A stretch of DNA of 64,000 nucleotides, from positions 256,001 through 320,000 of the forward strand of contig CAWHHI010000011.1 of the NCBI GenBank assembly GCA_963829055.1, in the 5' to 3' direction. The translations under genes were made by a program, and so were the position numbers. Source of the stretch: an uncultured Gemmatimonadaceae bacterium. Lineage in GTDB: Bacteria > Gemmatimonadota > Gemmatimonadetes > Gemmatimonadales > Gemmatimonadaceae. Positions within the stretch are counted from its first letter, which is position 1. Each line of letters begins with the position of its first letter. Positions 28,243-39,184 of this stretch are shown here, piece after piece. The notes under the pieces are model-generated. The model saw nothing but the letters and a program-made list of their open reading frames with translations. It made no database searches and was not told the origin of the DNA.

Positions 28243-29561
28243 GTGTCACGATTCCCGCAGATACCGCCCCCAGCCCACGCGCGCTTCACCCCGCCTGGCT
28301 CGCGCTCGCCGTCACGTTTCTCGTCCTGCTCGTCTGCTGCCGCCGTTCGCGCGACGCCGAGCGTTCTGTTCCTCCCACTCGAGCAGGAGTTCCACTGGTC
28401 GCGGTCGACCGTCTCGCTCGCCGTTTCGGTCAACATTCTGCTCTACGGTCTCGTCGGCCCGTTCGCCGGCGCGCTCATGCAGCGTCTCGGCGTTAGGCGC
28501 ACGACGCTGATCGCGCTCACGCTGCTCGCGGGCGGCGTCTCGCTCGCGACGCTCGTCAGGCAGCCCTGGCAGCTCGTGCTCGTCTGGGGCGTCGTCGTCG
28601 GCGCCGGCAGCGGAATGGCGGCGCTCGTGCTCGGGGCCACGATCGTCAACCGCTGGTTCGTCGCGCGACGCGGACTGGCCATGGGCATCCTGACGGCGAG
28701 CACCGCGACCGGGCAGCTCATCTTCCTGCCGCTGCTCGCTTCGCTCATCGAGCGACACGGGCTGGCGGTTCGGCGATTCTCATCGTCGCCGCGGCGGCCG
28801 CGCTCATGATCCCGCTCGTGTTCGTCGCTGCTCCGCGAGCGCCCGAGCGATCTCGGCATTGCGCACCGTACGGCGGAACGGTCGACACACGCACCGACGG
28901 CCGCCACGGCGAATCCCGCGCGCGTCGCCATTCAGGCGCTCGCCGACGGCCTGCGGTCGCGCGACTTCTGGCTGCTCACGCTCACGTTCGTGATCTGCGG
29001 CGCGTCGACGAACGGCCTCGTGGGCACGCACCTCATTCCGGCCGCGCACGACCACGGCATTCCCGAGGTTCGCGCGGCAGGCCTGCTCGCGATCATGGGC
29101 GTCTTCGACCTCGCCGGCACCACGGCGTCGGGCTGGCTCTCGGATCGCTGGGACAGCCGGCGGCTGCTCGCCTGGTACTACGGGCTGCGCGGGCTGTCGC
29201 TGCTCTTCCTGCCGTTCGCGCTCGGCGACACCCGGAGGACCGCGCTCTGGGTCTTCGCCGTGTTCTATGGACTCGACTGGATCGCCACCGTGCCGCCGAC
29301 CGTGAAGCTGGCGACGGACGCATTCGGCGCCGCACGCGCGCCGGTCATGTTCGGGTGGATCGCGGCCGGGCATCAGGTCGGCGCGGCGCTCACCGCGCTC
29401 ACCGCTGGCTGGGTTCGCACGACGTTAGGCGACTACCAGGTCGCGTTCTGGGGCTCGGGCACGCTGTGCCTCGTCGCCGCGCTGCTGGCGCTGCAGGTGG
29501 GTCGCGGGTCGCGCGGCGTCGCGCACCGGCGTTAGGCGCCGCCGGCGTTCCCGCGAGCTGA
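28243..29561 (+). CDS. MFS transporter (frameshifted)
   Basis: PLEQEFHWSRSTVSLAVS, NRWFVARRGLAMGILTASTATGQL, ICGASTNGLVGTHLIP, FYGLDWIATVPPT, HQVGAA. Confidence 0.88.
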
Positions 29562-29582
29562 CCGGCGGAACGATAGAAACGA

Positions 29583-29619
29583 CGAGGGGCCCGCGCTCGT
29601 TACGAGCGCGGGCCCCTCG
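29583..29619. terminator. Perfect hairpin between convergent genes (candidate bidirectional terminator)
   Basis: CGAGGGGCCCGCGCTCGT-T-ACGAGCGCGGGCCCCTCG, 18-bp arms. Confidence 0.7.
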
Positions 29620-29643
29620 CGCTTCGACGCTAGCACGTTGGCG

Positions 29644-30592
29644 CTAGCGCGCGCGATCCTGCAACGCGTACGCGAGCGAGTCGACGCAGTGCGCGGCGAG
29701 CTCGTTCGAGTCGTACGCGTAGCCGGCGACGTCTTCGCTCCGCCACTGCCAGTCCTCCACGCGCGTCGCGTCTGCGCGGAGCACCGTCTCGCGAAGCGGT
29801 ACCGCGCCCGGGCCACCGCTCGAACCGGCACTTCCCGACATGGCCTTCCCACTCGATGATCATGAGGCGACCCGTCGCCACCGTGTCGGGCCGCGTGCGT
29901 ACCCACGACAGCGTGAGCGCCACGGGCCCCAGCTGCACCGTGCACCGATTCGGCACGCGATGCACTTCGAGCGGCGTCTCGACATCATCGCGATTGACGG
30001 TCGCGACACGCTTCGTCACTTCGGCCGCCAGTCGATCGAACTCCCGGCCCAGGTGCGTGATCGCGCGGTGTGACCCGAGAAACGAGTCACGCTGCTGCGA
30101 GCGACGCGCTGATCGGCGACAGGGATCTCGACCACCACATCCGACGCGGCCTGGCGAGTCGCGCCACCGAGATCCGCGACGGCGCTGACGATCCAGTCGG
30201 CGCATTGATCCGACGTGCACCCAGCGCTCGCGACGGCGATTTGCGGAGCCACGTCGGCGGCGTCGTCCGATCGAGCAGAACGACACGGACCGAGTCCGGC
30301 CCCTTCGCCGTGATGCGGCGTTTGATGGCCGTCCGCATCGTCTTTCGTCGTCGCGTCCTTGCCCCAGAGATGCTGGTGCAGCACCACGACCACGCGCGCG
30401 GTCTTCCCGAACACTGCCGGCGCGCGGCGCGTCGAGCAGCTCGGTCGCCGCGGTGGTCCACACGGGACGCAGCGGCGGAATGCTGGGGAGCCGAAGCGTC
30501 AGCTGTCGCTCGAGCTCGCGCAGCAGGCGGGCATCGTGCTCGACCGACGACACGGCCACGTCGAATGCGAAACTGGATGGCTTGCTGATCAA
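29644..30592 (-). CDS. Hypothetical protein with degenerate TIR-like N-terminus (frameshifted)
   Basis: FAFDVAVS..HDARLLRELERQL...ARVVVVLHQHLWGKDATTKDDADAIKRR...VRVVLLD, joined across frames; starts 6 bp after the infA stop. Confidence 0.45.
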
Positions 30593-30598
30593 CGGTCG

Positions 30599-30820
30599 TT
30601 ACCCCTTGTGACGGAACGTGATGCGACCGCGAGTGAGGTCGTACGGCGAGACCTCGACCGTCACGCGGTCGCCGTTCAGGACGCGAATACGGAATCGACG
30701 CATCTTGCCCGCGAGCGTCGCGATGACCGAGTGCCCATTGTCGAGCGACACGCGGAACATGGCGCTCGGGAGCACGTCAGACACGATTCCGTCGAGAGCC
30801 AGTGCTTCTTCCTTCGACAT
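30599..30820 (-). CDS. infA: Translation initiation factor IF-1
   Basis: [70 protein letters not shown]. Confidence 0.96.
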   Translation of the reverse strand: MSKEEALALDGIVSDVLPSAMFRVSLDNGHSVIATLAGKMRRFRIRVLNGDRVTVEVSPYDLTRGRITFRHKG

Positions 30821-30877
30821 GCATGCCCTCCACCAGAGTTGATGCGGGCGCTACGCCGCCTAACGAGCGTGCGGGTC

Positions 30878-31069
30878 CTAACGCGGACGTCCCGACGACC
30901 GCCCTCGACGCCGCGCCGCGGCGGCCTTGAGCTGTCGTGCCTCGCTCGGCTTCACGTAGTGCCGCTTGCGCCGGAGATCCTTCAGGATCCCGGACTTCAG
31001 AACCTTCTTCTTGAACGTCTTGAGCGCCCAGTCCAGCCGGTCGCTCTCATCGAGCTTGACCTCGATCAT
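30878..31069 (-). CDS. rpsU: 30S ribosomal protein S21
   Basis: [43 protein letters not shown]. Confidence 0.92.
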   Translation of the reverse strand: MIEVKLDESDRLDWALKTFKKKVLKSGILKDLRRKRHYVKPSEARQLKAAAARRRGRSSGRPR

Positions 31070-31131
31070 TGCAGCTCCGAGGTGAAATGATCCCGCGACC
31101 GATGTGAGCGCGGGTAGAGAGAGAAGCGAAC

Positions 31132-31169
31132 GGCCGGCTCGGGTACGTCGCGACGTACCCGAGCCGGCC
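31132..31169. repeat. Perfect 38-bp palindrome between the csp gene and rpsU
   Basis: GGCCGGCTCGGGTACGTCG|CGACGTACCCGAGCCGGCC. Confidence 0.8.
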
Positions 31170-31207
31170 ATACTGCGCCGCGGACAAATGAGCAGCGCTT
31201 CGCGCGG

Positions 31208-31422
31208 TCAGGCGCCGACCTTGTCACGTTCTCGGCGGCCGGTCCCTTCGCGCCCTGCACGACCTCGAACTCAACCCGCTCGCCCTCGGCGAGCGACTTG
31301 AATCCCTTGCCCTGGATTGCCGAGTGGTGCACGAAGCAGTCCTTCTGCCCGTTTTCAGGGGTGATGAAGCCAAACCCCTTGCTGTCGTTGAACCACTTGA
31401 CCGTGCCAGTGATACGAGCCAT
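31208..31422 (-). CDS. cspA: Cold-shock protein (1-bp slip near the C-terminus)
   Basis: [52 protein letters not shown] (RNP1/RNP2). Confidence 0.95.
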
Positions 31423-31670
31423 TCGATACTCCTGAATATGATGTGATCGGAGTACCGGGCATGCCGTACGCACCGAACACGAAATGATCGTGGGGCAACC
31501 CCCGCACGACCGGCGACAGCTCGCGACAACTCCAGTCCCAGAGGGACCGACGACCGCCGCGAAAACACGAAAGGGGCCACCGCGAGAGCGAAGCCCCTGT
31601 GGTCGACGGAGTTGTGCGCGTCATGCACGCTGTTGCCGCACGCAAAAACTAGCCATATCGACGAGCCACG

Positions 31671-32251
31671 TCAACGCGCAAAAACACCCGCCATACGCGC
31701 TCGTAGCCGGCACGCGTGATCGACGGACACGTCCAGTCCACGCCGTGTACCGGTCGGCTCGCTGAACCAGCTCCTCGACAGCAGTGCCTCCGGATCGATC
31801 CACCGCGTCTCCGCGACCTCGACTCGGATCCGGGTTCGTCGGCCCGTTCCAGCGGCCGATCAGCACATGATCCAGCTCGTGCTCGACCAGCCCGCCGTCG
31901 AGCTCGGCGAAGTACAGAAACTCCGGTCACCCGAGTCAGCCCACACCCCTCGATCCCCATCTCGTCGAGGAGGCGGCGCCGAGCCGCCTCGCCGACCGAC
32001 TCGCCCGGACGCGGATGACCACAACACGTGTTCGACCATAGCCCGCCCGAGTGGTACTTCGCGTCCGGCGCGACGCTGCAGCAGCAGCCGCCCATGGTCG
32101 TCGAACAGGACGACGGACACCGCTCGGTGCAGTCGGCCCTGCCGATGCACCTCGAGCTTCGGCGCGACCCCGACCACCGCATCGCCCGGCGTCGACGAGG
32201 ACGACATCGTCATCCGCAGTCGAACTCGCCGAATCTCGCGCGGTCCGTCAT
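31671..32251 (-). CDS. idi: Isopentenyl-diphosphate delta-isomerase type 1 (frameshifted; end approximate)
   Basis: LHRAVSVVLFD, KYHSGGLWSNTCCGHPRPGE, EHELDHVLIG, YTAW; ATGA overlap with the crtB stop. Confidence 0.88.
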
Positions 32252-33274
32252 GCAGTACTCCATTCACGCGGCGGATGGACGCGCGACCGCGCGAGCGATC
32301 CAGAGCAACGCACTCGCGGCCAGCGCGACCTTTCGTGGGGGCGTCGTGTAGGCGCGAATCCGCAGCGTTGTCGTAACCGTTCCGGCGAATCGCCCCGTGA
32401 ATCGCCCCGATACACGGCGCTCGCGACGGCGGCCGCGCGCCCGAAGTGTCGCGGCAACCGACGGAATGCTTCATCGGCCAGCCGGTAGTCCGCGTCGGCG
32501 ACGTCCATCAACTGGTCCATGAGCTCCCGATACTCGGTCGTGATACGCGACCCGCGCCGCATGCCGTCGATGTCCGACTCGCTGACGCCAAATCGCCGCA
32601 GCTCGGTCTCGGGCAGATACATCCGGCCACGCTCGATATCCTCGCCGACGTCGCGAAGAATGTTCGTCAGCTGCATGGCCTGACCAAGCGCCGTCGCCCG
32701 ATCGAGCATCCACGAGTCACGCTCGCCGTGCAGCTCTGTCAGCCATCGACCGACGACACCCGCCGCGCGATACGTGTAGACGCGCAGCGCCTCGAGGTCG
32801 GCGTACGGAGTGAAGTTCAGGTCGCTGCGCATCGCGCGCACGAGATCGTGCGGGTACGCGAACGGGATATCGCGCTCGGCCATTTCGCCCATGACGCGGT
32901 TCACGAGCTCGATGCCGCAGTCCCGGCCGTCGTACGCATCCCAGGAGCAGTCGCAGCCAGCTCGTCGAGTCGTCGCTCGGCCAGCTGGGCGCTGTCGTCG
33001 CCGTCGACGAGGTTGTCGGTGTAACGACACCACGCGTAAACACGGGCGATCCGATCGCGATCCGGTTCTCGCCATCATCGCGGCGGCGAACCGAAACGAG
33101 CGCGAGTGCGACGCGAGGTATGCGGCCGGATTGGACAGCCCGTCGAGACCGGACGCAGCGGTCACGACGCGCGTGATCCGGCCCGCACGACCTCGGCGCG
33201 GCTCCTCCGCTCCGGCACGGCACGATCCGGTCGCGATCGCGGCGGAGTCCGAGATTGCTCGACGCGGGATTCAT
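32248..33274 (-). CDS. crtB: Phytoene synthase (frameshifted)
   Basis: HSRSFRFAA, VYAWCRYTDNLVD, YTYRAAGVVG, LGQAMQLTNILRDVGED, GRMYLP. Confidence 0.9.
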
Positions 33275-34115
33275 GCGCGCACCTCGCCTGCTCCAGCCGG
33301 CGCGCCCGGCGCGCGCGATGAGCCATGCCGCGCCTAACGCGACGGCCGTGGCCGCGACGGCGCCCGCTCATGCCGGCGGCGATGGCCATGCCGACCGGGA
33401 GCAGCAGGTTCGCGCCGTAGTAGCCGATCAGCCAGGGCGCGGACAGCTCGCCGATCCACGAGTCCACGCGCAGTGCTCGCGAAGACGACCATCAGCGCCA
33501 CACCGGTGACGAACCAGCCGAACAGATTCAGCAGCGGCATGCCGTAGTACGGCCCGTTCGTGCCCCAGACCCAGTACTTCGTGGCGAGGCTCATCGCCGG
33601 ATCGAGCGCGAGGTCCCAGCTCAGCAGAATGAACGAGCCGAGCACCACTCGGCGCGACGACGCTCGCCGCGCCGCGGAAAGCGCCAGAACGCGATCGCGT
33701 ACGACGGCAGCGCCATCATGAACCAGGACGCCGGAATGAGCACCGGCACGTGCTCGAGCCACTTCCATCCCAGCCCGTCGGTGTAGTGGTACGGTCCGAA
33801 CGGGAGGCCAGCCATCGTGCCGGCCAGCTCGGCGCTCAGTGAAACGAGATAGACGACGGCGAACGCGCCCAGCCAGCGCCAGCCGACGTGGCGCGTGAGA
33901 AACAAGGCCAACGCCGCAAACGCGATGATGATCTGCGCGCGCGGCGCGATCACCATCATGCGGGCGTACGTCGCCGGCGGCACGTTCGCCTTCGCGAGCA
34001 GCTCCGGATGCATGGCGAAGGTGGCGAAGCCCGCCAGCGCAGCCACCGAAATGAGGTACGCGACGGCCAGGGCGATGACATCCACTCGCCCACCCGAACG
34101 CGTGATGATCACCAC
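33271..34115 (-). CDS. cruF: Carotenoid 1,2-hydratase CruF family (frameshifted)
   Basis: AELAGTMAGLPFGPYHYTDGLG, VPVLIPASWF, WDLALDP, YYGMPLLNLFGW; multi-pass hydrophobic protein. Confidence 0.8.
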
Positions 34116-34207
34116 GGAGACGACTGGCGGACGGTACCGGCAGCTCTCATTGCGGGGCCTTCGGCAAGACTATGCGGCGTGGCCATCGGCCTCAATCGTC
34201 GGGAAAC

Positions 34208-34250
34208 GTGTCTAGCTAAACAGCAAATTTACCTAGACACAATATTGACA
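34208..34250. promoter_or_regulatory. Candidate CarH/LitR operator and promoter of cruF-crtB-idi
   Basis: AT-rich patch; GTGTCTAG-N17-CTAGACAC inverted repeat; TAGACA (34234) and TTGACA (34245) are 11 bp apart. Confidence 0.55.
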
Positions 34251-34368
34251 GAAGTTACTCGTATGTCCAGCTTCTTAGAGCAATGAACTGGCCAACGGAC
34301 GTCCTTCAGTTCCCGATTTTCCGACCGACCGCGCCACCAGGCCCGCTCGCCCCGACCGTCGCGCCTGC

Positions 34369-35314
34369 TCAATCGGCCGCCATTGTCGATCTCGCCTCGC
34401 GCCGGTCGCGAAGCAGCACTCGCATCGTGTCGAGGTCGCGCACGACGCGGAGGTCGATGTCGGCCAACGCGCGCTCGAGCCGGATCGCCGCCATTCCGCC
34501 GACGAGCAAGAGGACCCCTGGCGGCAGCGTGCTGGCAATCGTTCGGAGATCGCGCACGGTGCTCTCGCTCTCCGAATACACGATGCTCAGTGCGACCGCC
34601 GATGCCCCCACCTGCGACGCCGCGCCACGATATCGACCGCCGGCAGGTTCGGGCCGAGGTACAGGACGTTCCATCCCTCACTGGCCGCTGCGGCAGCCAC
34701 CAACATCGCTCCGAGCTCGTGCAGCTCGCTCGAGGGCGTCGCGACGACAAGCCGCGGCGCATCGCGGCGGCACGTCGTACGCCTCGGCGATCCATCCCAG
34801 CACTCGCCGAACGGTGTCGGATGCCGAGATGCTCGTGCGCCGGCGTGAACGACCCACGATGCCAGCGATCTCCGACGTCTCGGAGAAATCGCGGCACCGC
34901 CTCATCGACGAACCGCTCCGTGCCGGCAGCGAGCGCACCCCGCTTCAACACACCCTCCAGCACCGCGGGATCGAGATGCTCCGTCGCCAGCATCGCATCA
35001 CGCACCGCGATGTCGACGGCCGACAGAGCTCGAGCGCCGCGGGGCCGCGAGTCGCTCTCGAGCAGCGCATCGAGCGCCGCGCGGTCGAGCCGCGCGATCT
35101 CGCTGATGCTGTGACCGGCCGCCGTCGCTCGCTGGAGCATCACCAGCCGCTCCACGTCGGCGTCGGAGTACAGCCGCTGGCCGCCCTCCGACCGTTCCGG
35201 ATGCACTGCGCCGTACCGGCGCTCCCAGGCGCGGAGCACGTCGGCACTGAGCCCAGTCCGCCGAATCACGGCACGAAGCGGGTATCGAGCGAGGTCGTCA
35301 GGTTGGTCGGCCAT
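34369..35314 (-). CDS. carH: CarH/LitR-type B12-dependent MerR-family photoregulator (frameshifted)
   Basis: MerR HTH VIRRTGLSADVLRAWERRYG..PERSEGGQRLYS; GDRWHRG..TPAHEH (W-x9-EH) and ELHELG (ExH) B12 motifs; adjacent to crt genes. Confidence 0.85.
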
Positions 35315-35333
35315 CACAACGACGGTACCATTC

Positions 35334-35350
35334 TGTCTATCTATGGTCAA
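35334..35350. promoter_or_regulatory. Second candidate CarH operator (between carH and the SRPBCC gene)
   Basis: TGTCTA (35334) and GGTCAA (35345) are 11 bp apart; on the minus strand this reads TTGACC-N5-TAGACA, matching the 34234 pair. Confidence 0.45.
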
Positions 35351-35377
35351 CCTTTTTCAGCAAATAGTCTCGACACC

Positions 35378-35923
35378 ATGCCAGAGACCATGACGAAGCC
35401 AGACGTGACATTCGACCGCGTAGACGGCACGACCTGGACGCTACGGGCGAGCCAGACACTTCCCCGTTCTCGTGACATCGTATTCCCGTTCTTTGCGGAT
35501 GCGGCGAACCTCGAGCGCATCACCCCGGCCGAGATGGGGTTCGAAATCCTCACGCCCACCCCGATCGACATGAGGGCCGGCAGGCTCATTGACTATCACA
35601 TCAGGCTCTACGGCCTGCGCCTTCGCTGGCGCACCCTGATTTCGGTGTGGAAACCGCCGTTCGAATTCATCGACGTGCAGGTCCATGGACCGTACGCCGA
35701 ATGGGTCCATCGCCATCGGTTTACACCGACCGCGAATGGCGGAACGCTGGTCGACGATGAAGTCCGTTTTCGCCTGCCGCTCGGACGACTCGGCACCATT
35801 GCCGTGCCGCTCGTGAAACGCCAACTGCGGCGCATCTTCACCTACCGGTACGAAGCCATCGCCAGCGCCTTCGTGACGCCCCAACCCCGCTCAACTCCCT
35901 CCCGACATCGGTCCGCGGGTTGA
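35378..35923 (+). CDS. SRPBCC (polyketide cyclase/START-like) family protein
   Basis: VFPFFADAANLERITP, LRWRTLISVWKPPFEFIDVQVHGPYAEWVHRHRF, GGTLVDDEVRFRLP. Confidence 0.85.
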   Translation: MPETMTKPDVTFDRVDGTTWTLRASQTLPRSRDIVFPFFADAANLERITPAEMGFEILTPTPIDMRAGRLIDYHIRLYGLRLRWRTLISVWKPPFEFIDVQVHGPYAEWVHRHRFTPTANGGTLVDDEVRFRLPLGRLGTIAVPLVKRQLRRIFTYRYEAIASAFVTPQPRSTPSRHRSAG

Positions 35924-36546
35924 GGCGTCCGCGGCCAACTCGTTGAACAGCATCGCGTGCATCTCGAAGCCGTGACGCGCCTCGGCCACCATCCCCGTAA
36001 CCGCATCGTTGGACAGCGGGAGTGTATCCATTCCGTCTCGGACCGCGGTCTTGAATGCGTCGAGGTCACCGAGCTCGGGAAGGGAGTAGACTCGACGGCC
36101 TTGTCGAATTGCGGCAATGCGCGACGCACGATGCGCGCGATGTGCTGACCCGCCCGACAGTCGCCGAGGTAGCGCACGTAGGCGTGAGCCAGGAGCAGCT
36201 GTGGATCGCGGTCCGACAGCTCGACGAGACGTGCGACGTAGCGTCGAGTCGTCGGCGTGACGTTCATCATCGGCCCACTGCGATCCGCCGATCGCATCGA
36301 GATCTCGATGTAGCGACGACATGCGCCGAAGACCGGGATGTGCGAAGGGAGCCAGCACGGGATCGGTCGCATGGGCAGTCATTCCGCTTTCGAGCGCGGC
36401 ATAGATCTCGTAGAGATTACGAAGCAGCCAGGCGTACTCGCTCGCGGGGAGTGTCCCGCGAAGAAGCGGCGCATGACACCACTTCGCTCGGCGATCGTAT
36501 GCAGGTCCTGTGTTTCCGCGCGGAGGCGTAGCGACAGCGTCGACAT
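35891..36546 (-). CDS. Biliverdin-producing heme oxygenase (frameshifted)
   Basis: MSTLSLRLRAETQDLHTIAERSG (proximal His), LLAHAYVRYLGD(L)SGGQ, EARHGFEMH. Confidence 0.85.
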
Positions 36547-36702
36547 CAGCGCCGCCGGAGTTCGACCGCCGCGGGACTGTACGGATTGTTCATCCGGCGA
36601 AGATGCGCGGCGTCGCGCGGAGACGCCATCGTGCCTCCGGCAATTGAGACGACGCGCGCCATCCGACACGTCGACGCCGTTGGCGCACCGACGCGGATCG
36701 CT

Positions 36703-38146
36703 TCACACGTGCCCCACGTGCGCGATCACGCGCTGTGCGGCCATGCGTGCGCCGGTGATGCAGTCGCCGACGGAGACGCCGGTCCGCCAGCCACCGGCGA
36801 GCGTCAATCCAACGTCATTCGTCTCCATCGCGCGCGCGGCACACACCACAGCCTCGTGTCCCGCGTCGTACTGCGGGATCGCCCGCGGCCACGCCGTCAG
36901 GGTGACAAATGACGGGGCTGCGGTTGCTCCGAGCAGCGCGCGAAGGTCACTCAACAGCGGCGGCATCAGCGCATCGAGCGGCAACGCGGTGCGCCATCGC
37001 GCCTGCGTCCCGCCGACGAAACAGGTCAGGAGCGCCATACCGTCAGGACATCGGCCCGCGAACATCAATGACGTGAATAATCCGCCAAGCAACGTGCGCC
37101 GGCTGTGATCGGCGACGAGAAACCCGAAGCCGTCCAGGGGATGGGCAATGCCATCGCGCCTAACGCCAATCGATACCGTGGCGATTGGGGCGTGGTCCAC
37201 AGCGGAAATGACGGAGATCGACTCGCGACAGGATGCCGGCAGTTGCAGATCGCGCAGGCGATGCGCGGGCACGGCAATGACCGCATGAGCGACGGTCACG
37301 CTCTGGCTCCGGCCTGCCCGCTCTACATCGACGCGCCACGAGCCTGTCGCCGTGGGTGCCAGTCGGCGCACAGTCACACCGCACGTCAGGCGATCGCCGA
37401 GGGCCGACGCGAGCGCGTTTGGCAACGCCCCCATCCCGGCCCGGAACGATAGCGACGTGCCTAACGACTATCCGTCCCGCTCGCCGCATCCGACGTCGAG
37501 CACGCGCAGCTCGTACCGCTCCGATCAGCACGGACCCGTGCCTGCGCTCCAGGTCCACGAGCCTGGGCATGGCGTGGCGCGCGGAGAGCGCGTCGGCATC
37601 GCCGGCATACACTCCGCTCACGAATGGCGCGACGAGACCATCCAGAACCTCGCTCCCCAGGCGACGGCGGACGAACGCGCCCAGACTCTCGTCACCGGCG
37701 GCGTCATCCGCGCGGCGGCCGACAAACGGCTCTCGAAGCAGCCGCCACTTGGCGCGCGTCGATAGCAACGGCGTGCGCGCCAGCTCGAGTGGAGAGCTGG
37801 GAACAGGCAACAGTGCATCGCCACGCGCGACATAGCGTCGCCGCGCTCCCGGCGCTGGGGTGACGACCTGCGCCTCGAGCCCGAGGTGCTCGATGAGATC
37901 GCAGACGTCGTCCGTCGCCGCGAGAGAATTCGGTCCGCGTTCTGCCGTCCATGCTCCCAATCGGTCGGTGCCGATGACACCTCCTGGTCGGTCGGCCGCC
38001 TCGAATACCACGACGTCGATCCCACGACGCATCAGCTCCCACGCAACAGTGAGTCCGGTGATGCCACCGCCGATGACGGCCACGCGATGCGCCGCCGCGC
38101 GCGACCTGGCGCTCGGCGGAGTCGCGGACAGGCGGACGGGGCGCAC
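36703..38146 (-). CDS. hemY: Protoporphyrinogen oxidase, HemY type (frameshifted)
   Basis: VAVIGGGITGL, ERGPNS, PFVSGVYAGD, LDGFGFLV, WPRAIPQY, GVSVGDCI. Confidence 0.9.
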
Positions 38147-38154
38147 GTTCGCGC

Positions 38155-39172
38155 TCAGTGAGCATCGGACACCCAGTCACGCGGAACGAGCATATCGGCG
38201 AGCGCGGACCCGAGAGGCTCCGAACGTGAGGCATCGTGCTCGCCACCACCTAACGCGCCCTGCGCCGGAGACGGCCAGGATGCGAGGGGCGGAAGGCTCA
38301 TCAACACGCTCTCGATGCGCGCCCCGGTCTGCACGCCGAACAACGTGCCGCGGTCGTGGAGCAGGTTGAACTCGACGTACCGTCCGCGCCGCGCCAGTTG
38401 CAGCGCCCGCTCGGCGTCACCGTGCTGGCGGTGGCGGTGCCGCTCGACCAACGGCGCGTACGTAGACTCCGGCGACAGCGCGACATCGCGAAGAAACGCG
38501 AACCGCTCGGCGAGTCCCGCATTCGCGTCGTCATCGTGCAGTCGTAAGTGGTCGAAGAAGATGCCGCCTACGCCGCCGCGCTTCCCCGCCCCGGTGGCGA
38601 TTCACGAAGTACTCATCGCACCAGGGTTTGAAGCGCGGGTACAGTGACGGATGGTGGCTGTCGCACACGACGCGCAGCTCGCGATGGAAGTGGCGTGCGT
38701 CGTCCGGTCGCGGGTACATCGGGGTGAGGTCGGTTCCGCCACCGAACCACGAGTCGCATATGACGCCATCGCCATCAGTGACCTCGAAGTACCGCACGTT
38801 CAGGTGGAGCGTTGGGATGTGCGGGTTGTGCGGGTGCAGCACCATGCTGACGCCGGCGGCGAAGAAGAACGCCTGATCGTTCGGCGCGCCGCGCCCGCCG
38901 AGGCGAGCGGCCGCTTCAGGAGGAAGGACACCTTCGACCACGGATCGATTGATTCCCGCTTTCTCGAACACATTGCCGTCGATGAGCAGCCTGCTCACTC
39001 CGCCGCCACCGCCGGGTCGGTCCCATTGCTCCTCGTGGAACTCGCGCCCGTCGATACCGCTGAACAGAGATGTCAGCGCGTCGTGCACCGAGGTCGCCAG
39101 CTCAACGGCGAGATCCCGACCGGTGGCGGCTCGCGCATCGATGAAGTCGTTAGGTGCCAGCATCGCGGTCAC
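38155..39172 (-). CDS. hemF: Oxygen-dependent coproporphyrinogen III oxidase (frameshifted)
   Basis: WDRPGGGGGVSR, VFEKAGIN, HPHNPHIPTLHLNVRYF, WFGGGTDLTP, RRGRYVEFNLLHDRGTLFG, RIESVLMSLP. Confidence 0.93.
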
Positions 39173-39184
39173 GTGATGTACCTC

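Noticed and set aside
34283..35377. 546-aa ORF 34283-35923 as one long protein
   Set aside because: Its first part is the antisense shadow of carH; only the portion from about 35378 is a recognisable SRPBCC protein.
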